Assembly (NCBI GenBank): GCA_963804995.1
Contig: CAWDSK010000005.1
Span: forward strand, 640,001 to 704,000
Source of the DNA: an uncultured Acidobacteriota bacterium
GTDB taxonomy: Bacteria; Acidobacteriota; Terriglobia; UBA7540
Direction: 5' to 3'
Length of the DNA stretch: 64,000 nt
The notes below the pieces were generated by a model. It had not been told where the DNA came from, did not search any database, and saw only the letters and a program-made list of their open reading frames with translations. Position 1 is the first letter of the stretch. Every line of letters starts with the position of its first letter. Shown here in pieces: positions 41,823 to 52,487 of the stretch. The position numbers and the translations under genes are program-made.

Positions 41823-43085
41823 ATGTCCCAAATCGTCATTCGTGCTGAAAACCTGGGCAAGCGCTATGAGATCGGTGAGCGAGAGCAGTACACGGCGCTG
41901 CGTGATGTCCTATCCCACGCACTCAGTGCACCGGCCAGGATGTTCCGCCACCGAAAGCCTCAATCCTCAAACGGTGACGTGACCCACATTTGGGCGCTCA
42001 AGGATGTCTCGTTTGAGATTCGCCAAGGCGAAGTGGTGGGAATCATCGGTCGCAACGGGGCGGGGAAGAGTACTCTGCTCAAGATTCTCGCCCGTGTCAC
42101 CAAGCCCACCACGGGCTATGCCGATGTGCAAGGCCGCATGGGCACACTTCTTGAAGTCGGCACGGGTTTTCACCCCGAGCTTACCGGCCGCGAGAATACT
42201 TATCTCAACGGCGCCATCCTGGGCATGAGCAAGAAAGAAGTGACGCGCAAGTTCGACGAAATCGTCGCCTTCGCCGAAGTTGAGAAGTTCATCGATACCC
42301 CTGTCAAACACTATTCCAGCGGCATGTACCTCCGGCTCGCGTTTGCCGTGGCGGCGCATCTGGAGACGGAAATACTCCTTGTTGACGAAGTGCTGTCGGT
42401 GGGCGACCTCGCCTTCCAGAAGAAATGCCTGGGGAAGATTGGGGACGTGGCTAAGGCTGGCCGGACTATTCTCTTAATCAGTCACCAGATGAATCAGATC
42501 CGACGACTGTGCGACCGTGCAATTTGGCTTGTCTCGGGCAACTTGGTAGCTCAAGGGCCGGTAGGAGAAGTTGTCTCTGCTTATGAAGTGGCTATGATGG
42601 ACCTTCGCAAAGCGAATGATGACAGTCACTGTTTCCTTGACTGGGAAATCCCCGGACAGGGGAACGTTTTGCGAGACGGTCTGCGTGAGGTGAAACTGCA
42701 CTTCAGCCTAAAACTGAATGAACCCATTTCGCGCGGACACTTCGGGTTGAACGTCTATGATGGGTCCAACTTTCTGGTCGCTGGTTGGGGTTTGGACGAC
42801 GTCAATATACCTAAGGGGTTGCACGAGTTGGCCTTTTCCGTTCCGATGCTGCCACTGCGCCCCGGCGCATACGTCATTCAATGCACGTTGATTAACAACG
42901 GAAACAACTTGAATGGTGGGGTCTTAGTGGAGTCGTGGTATCCACTGCGCCCGCTTATAGTGGATACAATTCCGCTATCGCACCCCCAGGACAGGTATTC
43001 GGGACTTCTGAACATTCCTCCCGCGATCAACGTCTCAGCGGCCAGAAAGCTTAGCGCCGGATCGGTTCGCGCCGACGAACCTTAG
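41823..43085 (+). CDS. wzt: ABC transporter ATP-binding protein Wzt with C-terminal Wzt_C domain
   Basis: GRNGAGKST, YSSGMYLRLAF, LLVDEVLSVGD. Confidence 0.93.
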   Translation: MSQIVIRAENLGKRYEIGEREQYTALRDVLSHALSAPARMFRHRKPQSSNGDVTHIWALKDVSFEIRQGEVVGIIGRNGAGKSTLLKILARVTKPTTGYADVQGRMGTLLEVGTGFHPELTGRENTYLNGAILGMSKKEVTRKFDEIVAFAEVEKFIDTPVKHYSSGMYLRLAFAVAAHLETEILLVDEVLSVGDLAFQKKCLGKIGDVAKAGRTILLISHQMNQIRRLCDRAIWLVSGNLVAQGPVGEVVSAYEVAMMDLRKANDDSHCFLDWEIPGQGNVLRDGLREVKLHFSLKLNEPISRGHFGLNVYDGSNFLVAGWGLDDVNIPKGLHELAFSVPMLPLRPGAYVIQCTLINNGNNLNGGVLVESWYPLRPLIVDTIPLSHPQDRYSGLLNIPPAINVSAARKLSAGSVRADEP

Positions 43086-43177
43086 AAGTGGGCTCATGCC
43101 CATGCCGTCCAATAGCGACGGGACATTTGGAACTCGTGGTCAAGAACGTCCTGACCAAATCAAATCCCAGGGCATAT

Positions 43178-44305
43178 ATGGATAAACCCCTCGCGTCAGT
43201 CGTGATGCCTGTTTTCAATGGCGAGCGCTTCCTGCGCGAGGCCGTTGAGAGTGTTCTTGCGCAATCTTTTACGGACTTCGAGTTCATCATCATCGACGAC
43301 GGCTCGACCGACGGCACTGCTGCGATGCTTGATTCGTATGCCAGAAGCGATCCGCGTGTCCGCGTTTACCATCAGGAGAACAAAGGGTTGGTTGAGTCCC
43401 TAAACCGCGGGTGCGGGCTGGCTCAGGGCAAATACCTGGCCATTATGCACGCCGACGACCTCGCCGTCAGGAATCGCTTGCGGTGGCAGATCGAATTCAT
43501 GGAGAGACATGCTGACATAGGTGTTGTTGGCGGCGCGGCCGAGACCATCGATAGCACGGGTAGGGCGTTAACGTGCTTGCACCCCCCACTCGACGACGAG
43601 GACATCAAGAACGCGCTCCTGCACTACAATCCTATGGCGCACCCCACAGTCGTGATGCGGAAAGAAACCTTTGTATCTGTCGGAGGGTACAGAAGGTTTT
43701 TTCCCGCCGAAGACTACGACATGTGGCTCAGGATCGCAGAGCGGTGGCGGCTGGCCAATCTTGAGGCCGTCGTGCTCAGGTACCGGATTCACCCCAATCA
43801 GGCATCCAACCAGAAGCGGACACAGGAAACCCTCTGCACGCTCGCCGCCCGCGCCTTTGCTTTGCTAAGGAGGGAGGGAAAAACCGAACCGGTCATTCCG
43901 GTTGAGAGTATCACGCCAGAAGATCTGGCACGGCTGGGTGTGGACCGCGCCAGCCAGCAGCGGGCTCTGGTAGCGGACTGTTTTGTCTGGATGGGATTGA
44001 TGTCACGAGCCTCTCAGGACGATGCAGCTTTACGGATGATGGACGAATTGATCCATCTATCGAGGTCCGGCCCGGTCGATCGACGTATCTTTTCAAATGC
44101 AATGCTCTTGGCTGCCCGGATTCACCACCGCCAGGGCCGGCGCTTCCAGGCTCTGGCTCTCGTGATGCGGGGGGCGATCATGACTGGCCCCATCGTTCTA
44201 AGAGACATCTTTTGGGAAATCTTTATTAATCGAACCTTTCCTTTGCGGAAACGGCTCGGGTTGAGGCGACGAGCAAGCATCGAGCGTGACGCGCGGCCAG
44301 TTTAA
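43178..44305 (+). CDS. GT2 glycosyltransferase
   Basis: SVVMPVFNGERFL, IDDGSTD, MHADD, AEDYDMW. Confidence 0.9.
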   Translation: MDKPLASVVMPVFNGERFLREAVESVLAQSFTDFEFIIIDDGSTDGTAAMLDSYARSDPRVRVYHQENKGLVESLNRGCGLAQGKYLAIMHADDLAVRNRLRWQIEFMERHADIGVVGGAAETIDSTGRALTCLHPPLDDEDIKNALLHYNPMAHPTVVMRKETFVSVGGYRRFFPAEDYDMWLRIAERWRLANLEAVVLRYRIHPNQASNQKRTQETLCTLAARAFALLRREGKTEPVIPVESITPEDLARLGVDRASQQRALVADCFVWMGLMSRASQDDAALRMMDELIHLSRSGPVDRRIFSNAMLLAARIHHRQGRRFQALALVMRGAIMTGPIVLRDIFWEIFINRTFPLRKRLGLRRRASIERDARPV

Positions 44306-44483
44306 GTACTCCCCCAGCCATGGTGCGCTGGCACCCTGAAATTGGCGTAACCAAACCAGGCGAAACTTTTGCGATCCCGGAAGACCACGTGTGGGGGCCT
44401 GACTCGCCCCATCGTTGCTGGGTGCCCCCTAAGCGCGTTGTGAACTCAGTTCTCCGCAAACCCCCCGGGGAACACAGAACAGT

Positions 44484-45761
44484 ATGAGGATAGTCCACAT
44501 TAGCGTTGGCGATGGCGTAGGCGGCGCAGAGCGCGATGCCTATCGGCTCCATCGCGGGTTGCGCCTACTAAATCAGGATTCCTCCATGCTGGTGGCCTCG
44601 CGCTTCAGTGATGATCCTCACGTGACGGAGATCGTGCGGAGTAGGAATCTGATGGCCCGGCTAAGGCGCCGTGGTTGGCGCCACGTTCTGCGCTGGAGCG
44701 AGGCGCGCTATGCCTCGACGCGCCGCGCGCCTTACTTCTTCGACGACCGGAGTGAGCTGGGAGCCGACCTGGTGCGTCAGTTGCCGCCTTGCGAGGTTTT
44801 CAACCTCCATGTGATCTGCAAATTTGCAGATTTCCGGAGTTTCTTCCGGTCTATTGCACGACGAAGTTCGTTGGTCTGGACACTGCATGACCCGATCCCT
44901 TTTACCGGGGGTTGCCACCACTTCGACTCGTGTCGGCGCTTCAACGATGGCTGCGGCGCCTGCCCTGAACTTGGCTCCAGCGATGAGAGCGACCTATCTC
45001 ATGAAATCTGGCAGCGCAAAAAGGCGGCCTATTCTTACATCCCAGATGGGCGACTCCACCTGGTGGCACCCAGCCGCTGGCTTGCAGGTGAAGCCCGGCA
45101 GAGCAAACTGCTGGGCAGATTCCCGGTCTCGGTCATCCCGTATGGGCTTGACACCGAAGTCTTTAGCCCCAGAAACCGGGCGGCGGCCAGAGACGTCTTG
45201 GGCATACTGCCCGGTACGAGGATGATACTCTTTGCCGCGTCTTCCATCCGGAATCCAAAGAAGGGTTTCACGATGCTGGCGGAAGCGCTCGCCCCCCTTC
45301 CTGCCGATGCGGGAATCCAACTTGTTTCAGTCGGATCGAACGCAGTTTCTCCCAACATTCGCCTACCACACATGACCTTGGGCTATGTCGAAAACGACCG
45401 TATCCTTTCCTTGATTTACAGCGCAGCAGACCTCTACGTTACTCCAACGTTGGTTGAGGCCATGGGAAACACGGTGATGGAATCGATGTCCTGCGGCACG
45501 CCGGTCGTGGGTTTTGACACGGGAGGCGTCCCGGACATGGTGCGCAATGGCGTCTCTGGATTTGTGGTGCCGAAGGGAGATACCGCTGCGTTACGCCATG
45601 CGATCCTGCGAGTACTAGACAATCCCGCACTTAGGGCCGAGTTGGCCGCCAATTGCCGCCGAATCGCTGTGGCGGAGTACGACCTCTTGATCCAAGCTCG
45701 ACGCTATCTGGAACTTTACACGTCATTAACCAATGGATGCAAACGAGGGGCGCAGGCATGA
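44484..45761 (+). CDS. GT4 glycosyltransferase (WcaC-like)
   Basis: GGAERDAYRLH, WTLHD..FTGGCH, EAMGNTVMESMSCGTP. Confidence 0.9.
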   Translation: MRIVHISVGDGVGGAERDAYRLHRGLRLLNQDSSMLVASRFSDDPHVTEIVRSRNLMARLRRRGWRHVLRWSEARYASTRRAPYFFDDRSELGADLVRQLPPCEVFNLHVICKFADFRSFFRSIARRSSLVWTLHDPIPFTGGCHHFDSCRRFNDGCGACPELGSSDESDLSHEIWQRKKAAYSYIPDGRLHLVAPSRWLAGEARQSKLLGRFPVSVIPYGLDTEVFSPRNRAAARDVLGILPGTRMILFAASSIRNPKKGFTMLAEALAPLPADAGIQLVSVGSNAVSPNIRLPHMTLGYVENDRILSLIYSAADLYVTPTLVEAMGNTVMESMSCGTPVVGFDTGGVPDMVRNGVSGFVVPKGDTAALRHAILRVLDNPALRAELAANCRRIAVAEYDLLIQARRYLELYTSLTNGCKRGAQA

Positions 45762-46639
45762 CGAAGGCAGCGCGCCCGATCGTTTTATTGCTGACTGCCA
45801 CCGTAGATCCCGGGCTCATGACCCATGTTAAACGTAGGGATCCGCGCAGGCGGTTCAAAGACTACGAACAGGCGTTAAAGAAGTGGTGCCGCGTCCCCGG
45901 CTTTCAATCGATCATCTTTTGTGAGAACTCCGCGTTCGATATATCTCCCCTTCACAAGTGGACGGCGAGTGCACCTGAGGCACGCACCCGTGTACGCTTT
46001 ATCTCTTTCCAGGGCAACGACTACCCACCCCACCTTGGCAAGGGATACGGCGAAATGCGCATCCTCAAGCATGCCTTATCTTTGGCCAGTCTGGAGCCCG
46101 ACACTCTCATCATGAAGGTCACTGGTCGTTACTTCGTGCGGAATGTCGATGCTCTGCTTGGTCAAACCCGGACGCAGAGGGAATTTGACGTGTTTTGTAA
46201 TGTCGCGCCCGATGGATGCTGGGCGCACTCGGTGGTGTTCGCTAGTACATTGTCGTTTTTTGAAACTCACCTTTTCCCATTTCATGAGCGTCTTGATGAT
46301 TCTGCCGGAATATACTTCGAACACGTGTTGGCTGACGCAATACGGGCGGGCATGGCTGCCGGGCTCAGATGGACGGGGTGGTGCTATCCGCTTCGGTTGT
46401 CTGGAGTGTCAGGCACTCTGGACAGACGCTTCATAGCCGTAAGGTCCGGTTTGGAGCGAGTCAAGCAGTGGATTATAGAGAAGACATACAGGCTTCGCCA
46501 TGCACTGGGGCTTTATCGGAGACATGGAACGTCCGCTGGGCCAAGGGCTGGAAGGGATTCCGCTATGCAGCCACGGGAAACAGATATAGGGATCGCGGCC
46601 GCTGTCGATAGCGAACAAAAGGCCTCGACGGTGGACTAA
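45758..46639 (+). CDS. Hypothetical polysaccharide-locus protein (possible GT-A-like)
   Basis: LLLTATVDP, FCENS, GKGYGEM, KVTGRY; ATGA-coupled to the upstream GT4. Confidence 0.6.
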   Translation: MTKAARPIVLLLTATVDPGLMTHVKRRDPRRRFKDYEQALKKWCRVPGFQSIIFCENSAFDISPLHKWTASAPEARTRVRFISFQGNDYPPHLGKGYGEMRILKHALSLASLEPDTLIMKVTGRYFVRNVDALLGQTRTQREFDVFCNVAPDGCWAHSVVFASTLSFFETHLFPFHERLDDSAGIYFEHVLADAIRAGMAAGLRWTGWCYPLRLSGVSGTLDRRFIAVRSGLERVKQWIIEKTYRLRHALGLYRRHGTSAGPRAGRDSAMQPRETDIGIAAAVDSEQKASTVD

Positions 46640-46946
46640 GGTAGGTGAATAAGAACTGCTTCAAGAAACAGCAAGCTCCGGCATATGAAGTCTGTGATCG
46701 AGCGCGCTTCAGGCAAGCCTTGGTATGAGGCGCAAGGACGTTCCATATGCCCACGTTTAGCTTTGTGGCGCATACCCGGACCCCGGGCTTCTCGATCCTG
46801 CGGTTAGGGAAAGCCAGCGACGAGCCAAAGGGAGGACTCCCCTGGGTCGACTGAGTCAAATCCGAAATTCGCTTAGGCCAGGTCGCATCCTGGACCGCGC
46901 CGTAAACCCGCTCCTTCGAATTCTTGGCGGGCGCCTTGCGGCACAG

Positions 46947-47744
46947 GTGTTCTGGGAGTCTCTGCTTCGATCCTCCCTGGCGGGCATGAATATCGGATTG
47001 GGCGGAAATTTTGCAGTTAGCGGCGAACTATTCGCTATAAACTACGCCAGGCGGGCACTGAGAAGCGACGAACCACTCACAGTTTTTGACGTGGGCGCCA
47101 ATCTTGGCGGCTATGCCAGTGCCGTCATCCGGGAGCTGAACGACCAGTTGAATTTGTACTGCTTCGAGCCTTCCAAGGATACTTTTCAGAAACTGTCTGA
47201 AGCGGTGCCAGGTTCTCAGAACGTGCACTTGTTTAATATTGGTCTGTCCGACGTAAATGCCTCCCTCGTGCTGTACACCGACGCGCCGTGTTCTGGGTTG
47301 GCATCTTTCCATCACCGGCGGCTGGATCACTTTGGGAAGCAAATGCCATACTCGGAAGAGGCGACCATTCGCACGTTGGATAGCTTTTGTAGCGAGCGCG
47401 ACATCAACCATATCAATTTCCTGAAGCTGGATGTAGAAGGGCACGAGCTCAAGGCATTAGAGGGGGCCAGGGAACTCATTGCCAATGGCTGCATCGATTT
47501 CATCCAGTTTGAATTCGGGGGATGCAATATTGATTCCAGGACGTTCTTTCAGGATTTCTACTATCTCTTGAACCCGAAGTTCAGAATTTACAGGATTCTC
47601 AGGAACGGCCTGGCCAGCATTGACTATTACCGTGAAACACTGGAGCAATTCGTGACCACCAACTTCTTGGCGGTAGGCAGACGGGTAGTTCCTTGCAGTA
47701 AGGCTGAAAGTGCGCGGGCATCAACCCCGGGCAATATAGATTAG
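46947..47744 (+). CDS. FkbM-family methyltransferase (start uncertain)
   Basis: FDVGANLG, FEPS, LKLDVEGHE. Confidence 0.88.
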   Translation: MFWESLLRSSLAGMNIGLGGNFAVSGELFAINYARRALRSDEPLTVFDVGANLGGYASAVIRELNDQLNLYCFEPSKDTFQKLSEAVPGSQNVHLFNIGLSDVNASLVLYTDAPCSGLASFHHRRLDHFGKQMPYSEEATIRTLDSFCSERDINHINFLKLDVEGHELKALEGARELIANGCIDFIQFEFGGCNIDSRTFFQDFYYLLNPKFRIYRILRNGLASIDYYRETLEQFVTTNFLAVGRRVVPCSKAESARASTPGNID

Positions 47745-47767
47745 CTTATTGCGAGGTACAAATTCTA

Positions 47768-48478
47768 ATGTTCGCTTTACTCCGCAAGATGCTGCGAGTG
47801 TTTTTGGTCCGAATCGGTAATTTCAACTTCGAGTATTTACTGAGACGGCGCCGAGAGCAATTTTCACGCCCACTATTGTTCGACATCGTAATGGGCTTCG
47901 TGGACGATTGCCGCGTTGAGGGCTGCTATCTGGAATTTGGGGGCTTTGCCGGCGGATCTCTCATCGACGCTTTTCATGCGACGCGAGACTATGGGAGTCT
48001 GAACTCCATGCGGTTTTTCGTGTTTGATTCTTTCGAGGGATTGCCCCAACCCGTTGGCCTCGATGCGGGCGAGTTCCTGAGGTACAAGCAGGGACAGTAT
48101 GCCTGTAATCTTGACCTATACAAACAGAATATCCGCAAACAGGGAGTAGATCTGGACAGGGTTACCTGCATTCCTGGTTGGTACCATGAGACTCTGAATG
48201 AAGAACTGAAACGGCAACTTCCCATAATGAAAGCTGCGGTCGTGTTGATTGATTGCGACCTGTACGAGTCGACGGTTCCGGCGCTTGATTTCATCACCGA
48301 TTACATCCAAGACGGGACGGTAATAATCTTCGATGACTGGTTCTCTTACAAGGGTCGGTTGGATCGCGGGGAGGCAAGAGCTTTCAATGAGTGGTTGGCG
48401 AAGAACCCTTCGATCCGGGCCCAGGAATATCATAAAGTTGGTCGAACCATGATCTCGTTCATAATGCAGGTTGATTGA
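47768..48478 (+). CDS. TylF/MycF-family O-methyltransferase
   Basis: YLEFG, FDSFEGLP, IDCDLYES, IFDDW. Confidence 0.88.
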   Translation: MFALLRKMLRVFLVRIGNFNFEYLLRRRREQFSRPLLFDIVMGFVDDCRVEGCYLEFGGFAGGSLIDAFHATRDYGSLNSMRFFVFDSFEGLPQPVGLDAGEFLRYKQGQYACNLDLYKQNIRKQGVDLDRVTCIPGWYHETLNEELKRQLPIMKAAVVLIDCDLYESTVPALDFITDYIQDGTVIIFDDWFSYKGRLDRGEARAFNEWLAKNPSIRAQEYHKVGRTMISFIMQVD

Positions 48479-48518
48479 CCCGCTGATCATGGCGGTACGT
48501 ATAGGCGCAAGAGAGGAT

Positions 48519-49400
48519 GTGCACACGGTTACCGTAATCTTGCAGGCCGGACTTGGCAACCAGATGTTTCAATACGCGTTGGGCAGAACGCTCGCCCAAC
48601 GGCGCGGAACCTCCTTAGCAATGGATTTGAGTTGGTACAAGTATGACAAGCTTCGGAAATACTCGCTGGGAATTTTTAACATCACTGAAAAGTTCGCGAC
48701 CCATCCCCGCCGCGGGCTGGTCCGGGCGGTTGGCCAAAGACTCCGCCTTCCGGGATTTTCAAGGAACCTCGGGTGCCTTCGGATTCCAGGATTTGACTAT
48801 GTGCTGAGCGAAAAGGCGTTTCCATTTGATCCAACTGTTCTCGACGCGCCCCAGGACGTGTACCTGGAGGGGTGGTGGCAGAGTGAGAAGTACTTTAAAG
48901 AAATCGAAAGCGTTATTCGGAGTGAGTTTTGCTTCAAACATGAGGCTGATGCCCGCAACAGGGAACTCGGGGACAGGGTCAAGAGTCTGAACTCAGTCTG
49001 CGTACACGTCCGGCGTACCGACTACATAACAACCCCCCGGGCCGCCCAAGTGTTTGGGACATGCCCGGTGGAATACTATCGAGTGGCTGGACAGTGGATC
49101 ACCTCCCAAGTCGTGAACCCACATTTTTTTGTCTTCTCCGATGAACCGGATTGGGCGAAAGCCAACCTGGAATTCAAAGGGCCCACAACATTCGTAACTC
49201 AGAACAGCATAGGAAACGATTTCGAGGACCTACGACTGATGACCTTCTGTCGGCACCATATCATCGCCAACAGCTCTTTCAGTTGGTGGGGGGCATGGCT
49301 CAGCAACTCGCAAGGGATTGTGATAGCACCTCAAAGATGGTTCAGGTCGAAGGACTTGGACACGCGCGACTTGATTCCGGATAGATGGATTCGCCTGTGA
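48519..49400 (+). CDS. GT11 alpha-1,2-fucosyltransferase
   Basis: GLGNQMFQYA, GWWQSEKYF, HVRRTDY, FSDEPDW, IIANSSFSWWGAWL. Confidence 0.92.
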   Translation: MHTVTVILQAGLGNQMFQYALGRTLAQRRGTSLAMDLSWYKYDKLRKYSLGIFNITEKFATHPRRGLVRAVGQRLRLPGFSRNLGCLRIPGFDYVLSEKAFPFDPTVLDAPQDVYLEGWWQSEKYFKEIESVIRSEFCFKHEADARNRELGDRVKSLNSVCVHVRRTDYITTPRAAQVFGTCPVEYYRVAGQWITSQVVNPHFFVFSDEPDWAKANLEFKGPTTFVTQNSIGNDFEDLRLMTFCRHHIIANSSFSWWGAWLSNSQGIVIAPQRWFRSKDLDTRDLIPDRWIRL

Positions 49401-49676
49401 ACGTGCTGCTCAGGGCGCGGACCCTCGCGACTCACCCCATCATTATGTAGCGTCCCCTGAAGCGTGCCGTGAGCCCCCTATTTCGCACATCTCAGAGGAG
49501 AAATGCCCAGTTCTCGCTCCAGCCCCAGGGTGGTGTCAGGGGGCAGCCCACAGTGTATGCCGTCTGGGAGGAGCCGCCACGCGTTCGCCCATCTCCGGAA
49601 AAGTGGCTAGTGAGCTTATCTGTATCAATCTCTGATTATCGGCGGCTTGATTAGATTTTTTCGTGGCCTGTAAGTC

Positions 49677-50594
49677 TTGGCAATCGGCCCAGCGAGGCTT
49701 CCAATCGAAAATCCAAAATACAAAATCGAAAATCAAAGGGTTTCGCTCTACATTCCCTGCTACAACGCGGAGCGCTACATTGGTCAGACGATTGAGGGAG
49801 CGCTGCGCCAGACCTACTCTCTGGAGGAGATCATCGTCGTTGATGACGGCTCGACCGATCAGACGCGGGAGATCGCAGCGCGCTACCCCGTCCGGGTCGT
49901 GGCGCATGACCGGAATAGAGGGGTCACGGCAGCCCGGAATACAGGCTTCCGCTGCGCGCGCAATGAACTGGTGGCATCCTTGGACGCCGATTGCGTGCCG
50001 GAGCCGGATTGGCTGGAACAACTTATCCCGCTTCTGGATGATTTGAAGGTTGGCGCGGCCGGCGGGCGCCTCGAAGAGACCCACTTGACGTCGATCGCCG
50101 ACCGCTGGCGCCAAGCGCACCTGCCCGAGGATTGGGGAAACGCCCTGGTGGTGAATCCGCCGTTCCTCTTCGGCGCCAACGGACTGTATCGCAAGTCCGC
50201 GTGGGAGCGGGTGGGTGGCTACGACGAGGGTACATTTCGAGCCTACGGCGAGGATATTTACCTGTGTCGCCGGCTTCGAGACCTTGGTTACGAGCTTATC
50301 TATAGCCCCTTGGCTTTGGTAAAACACATCAAGCAGGATACGGTGCGCTCCGTGCTGAACACTCGGTGGAACTGGTGGCGGTACGGGGTCCAGGCTTACT
50401 TCCAGCGCATCCGCTTGCGTTCCATTGCGGGCACGTTTTATCGCGCCCATTTCCGAACCATGTTTTTTGAGCTCGTGGCACAAGACTTGAACTCCCGCAG
50501 GTACGAACTTCTTTGGCTCGATACCCTGTGCCTGTTCTACATGCCTTATCGCGACCTGACGCTCTACTGCGAGAGATCTAGGTGGCTCCAATGA
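49677..50594 (+). CDS. GT2 glycosyltransferase
   Basis: YIPCYNAERYI, VDDGSTD, LDADC, GEDIYL. The N-terminus carries a heptamer repeat. Confidence 0.88.
   Translation: MAIGPARLPIENPKYKIENQRVSLYIPCYNAERYIGQTIEGALRQTYSLEEIIVVDDGSTDQTREIAARYPVRVVAHDRNRGVTAARNTGFRCARNELVASLDADCVPEPDWLEQLIPLLDDLKVGAAGGRLEETHLTSIADRWRQAHLPEDWGNALVVNPPFLFGANGLYRKSAWERVGGYDEGTFRAYGEDIYLCRRLRDLGYELIYSPLALVKHIKQDTVRSVLNTRWNWWRYGVQAYFQRIRLRSIAGTFYRAHFRTMFFELVAQDLNSRRYELLWLDTLCLFYMPYRDLTLYCERSRWLQ
49703..49737 (+). repeat. Five-copy heptamer tandem repeat
   Basis: AATCGAA AATCCAA AATACAA AATCGAA AATCAAA. Confidence 0.8.
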
Positions 50595-51349
50595 ACACGG
50601 TTCTTGAGGAGATTCTCCGGTCAGGCATTACGGTGACGGAATCGGGGGAAAAGGTTCCGATAAATTCGGCTGTTACCGAAGGCGAGGGTTCATTTCTCGA
50701 AGGGCTCGTTTCTGACATAAAGCCCCGCATAACCCTGGAGGTTGGGCTTGCCTTCGGTGTTTCTGCCCTATTCATTTGCCAGGCTCTCCCCTCAGGAGCC
50801 AAACACATCGTGATCGACCCGCACCAGTTCTCTGGCCCTTGGGGCGCTGGATGGCACGGTGCTGGTCTGGCCGCCCTTAAACGAGCTGGGTACGGAGACC
50901 GGGTTGAGTTCCATCCTGAACCGTCTTACGCCGTCCTTCCGCAACTCGAATCGAGTGGAGTCAAATTAGACTTCGCCTACATTGACGGCTGGCACACGTT
51001 CGCCTTCGCGTTGGTCGATTTCTTCTACATCGACAGGATGCTGGAGGTCGGTGGAATTGTGGCGCTTGATGACGTGCACATGCCGAGTATTAGAAAACTC
51101 TGCAGATTTGCTCTCATCAATCTCAACTATGATGTCTGCGGCCACTACCCCGAGACAAGGTCCAAGCCGACCTGGAAGCAGCGCGCTGTGACGGCATTGG
51201 CGAAGAAATCGAAGATCATGGGGCGGTTCGTCAAACCAGAGTTCACTGTGCCCGACACTGATCTCGGCATGCCCCTGGACTGTCGATGTCTGGCCCTGCG
51301 AAAGCGATCGCACGACACTCGCGACTGGGACTTTCACCGGGAGTTCTAG
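50591..51349 (+). CDS. Class I SAM-dependent methyltransferase (Methyltransf_24-like)
   Basis: LEVGLAFGVS, IDPHQ, AYIDGWHTF, GGIVALDD. Confidence 0.85.
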   Translation: MNTVLEEILRSGITVTESGEKVPINSAVTEGEGSFLEGLVSDIKPRITLEVGLAFGVSALFICQALPSGAKHIVIDPHQFSGPWGAGWHGAGLAALKRAGYGDRVEFHPEPSYAVLPQLESSGVKLDFAYIDGWHTFAFALVDFFYIDRMLEVGGIVALDDVHMPSIRKLCRFALINLNYDVCGHYPETRSKPTWKQRAVTALAKKSKIMGRFVKPEFTVPDTDLGMPLDCRCLALRKRSHDTRDWDFHREF

Positions 51350-51408
51350 CCCCGCCGTTACTCTTTCGATCAGCTTAGCTTCCGGCCATTGAGGCGGCCA
51401 ACGGAACA

Positions 51409-52467
51409 ATGTCAACACCACGCGTCAGTGTTTTGGTCGACACCTACAACCACGAGCGCTTCATTGAGCAAGCAATCGTCAGTGTGCTGGAGCAGGACGT
51501 GTCGGAAATGGAAGTGATCGTCGTGGACGACGGGTCTACAGACAACACTCCCAGCATCGTTCGCAAATTCATTCCCCGGGTCCGGTACCTGCGCAAGGCC
51601 AACGGCGGGCAGGCGTCAGCGTTCAACGCCGGGATTCCGGAAACGCAGGGCGAGGTCGTGGCTTTTTTGGACGGCGACGATTGGTGGGCAAAAGACAAAC
51701 TGCGCATTGTGCTAGATAAGTTGGCGAGCAACCCAGAGATCGGGACCGTCGGACATAGCATCTTCGAGGCGGATGCGGAGACCGGTCGCGCACTGCCGAT
51801 CCGTCCCCTTGGGGAATGCTGCCTGCGCCTAACAAGTCCTGAGGAAGCCTTGTTGTTCACCCAAATGAAATGCTTCATGGGAACGAGCCGGGTGGCGATT
51901 CGCCAGACGGTATTGAAGCAAGTGCTGCCCATCCCGGAAGAGTTGGTGGTCGAAGCGGATGAGTTCATGTTCACCCTGGCGGTGGCGTTTGGCGGGGCGG
52001 TGGTGCTTGAGCGCCCACTCACTTATTACCGGCTCCACGCCAACAACCTCTTCCAGTTTCGGGCCGGAGATGACACTAAGGTTCGGCGGAAGAGAGATGT
52101 GATGAGCTGTCTTGTGAGGGAATTACCTCCACATCTTGCACTGATGGGTGTGCCGCCGAACGTCATCGACACGATCATCAAACCAGTTTGGGTAGATGCT
52201 GAGCGCCTGCGCCTCACGCTTGGGGGCGGAAAACCGTGGGACACTTTCAGAGTGGAGCGTGTGGCATACAGCACGGCGTATAGAAAAACTTCGCTCGCCT
52301 ATCGCGGCTTCAAGTCTCTAGTGCTTTTCAGCGCCCTGCTGATGCCGCCGCGGCAATTCTACCGTATGAAAAACTGGTATGCGGCCAGGGGCTTGCGCAA
52401 ACTGCGGAGCATCCTGGGCGAGCCCACTCCAGCGGCGCCGATACTGGAAGGTGAGCAGGGAACCTGA
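51409..52467 (+). CDS. GT2 glycosyltransferase
   Basis: TYNHERFI, VDDGSTD, NGGQASAFNAG, FLDGDD. Confidence 0.9.
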   Translation: MSTPRVSVLVDTYNHERFIEQAIVSVLEQDVSEMEVIVVDDGSTDNTPSIVRKFIPRVRYLRKANGGQASAFNAGIPETQGEVVAFLDGDDWWAKDKLRIVLDKLASNPEIGTVGHSIFEADAETGRALPIRPLGECCLRLTSPEEALLFTQMKCFMGTSRVAIRQTVLKQVLPIPEELVVEADEFMFTLAVAFGGAVVLERPLTYYRLHANNLFQFRAGDDTKVRRKRDVMSCLVRELPPHLALMGVPPNVIDTIIKPVWVDAERLRLTLGGGKPWDTFRVERVAYSTAYRKTSLAYRGFKSLVLFSALLMPPRQFYRMKNWYAARGLRKLRSILGEPTPAAPILEGEQGT

Positions 52468-52487
52468 CCCTACTGTTTGGCTGACGA

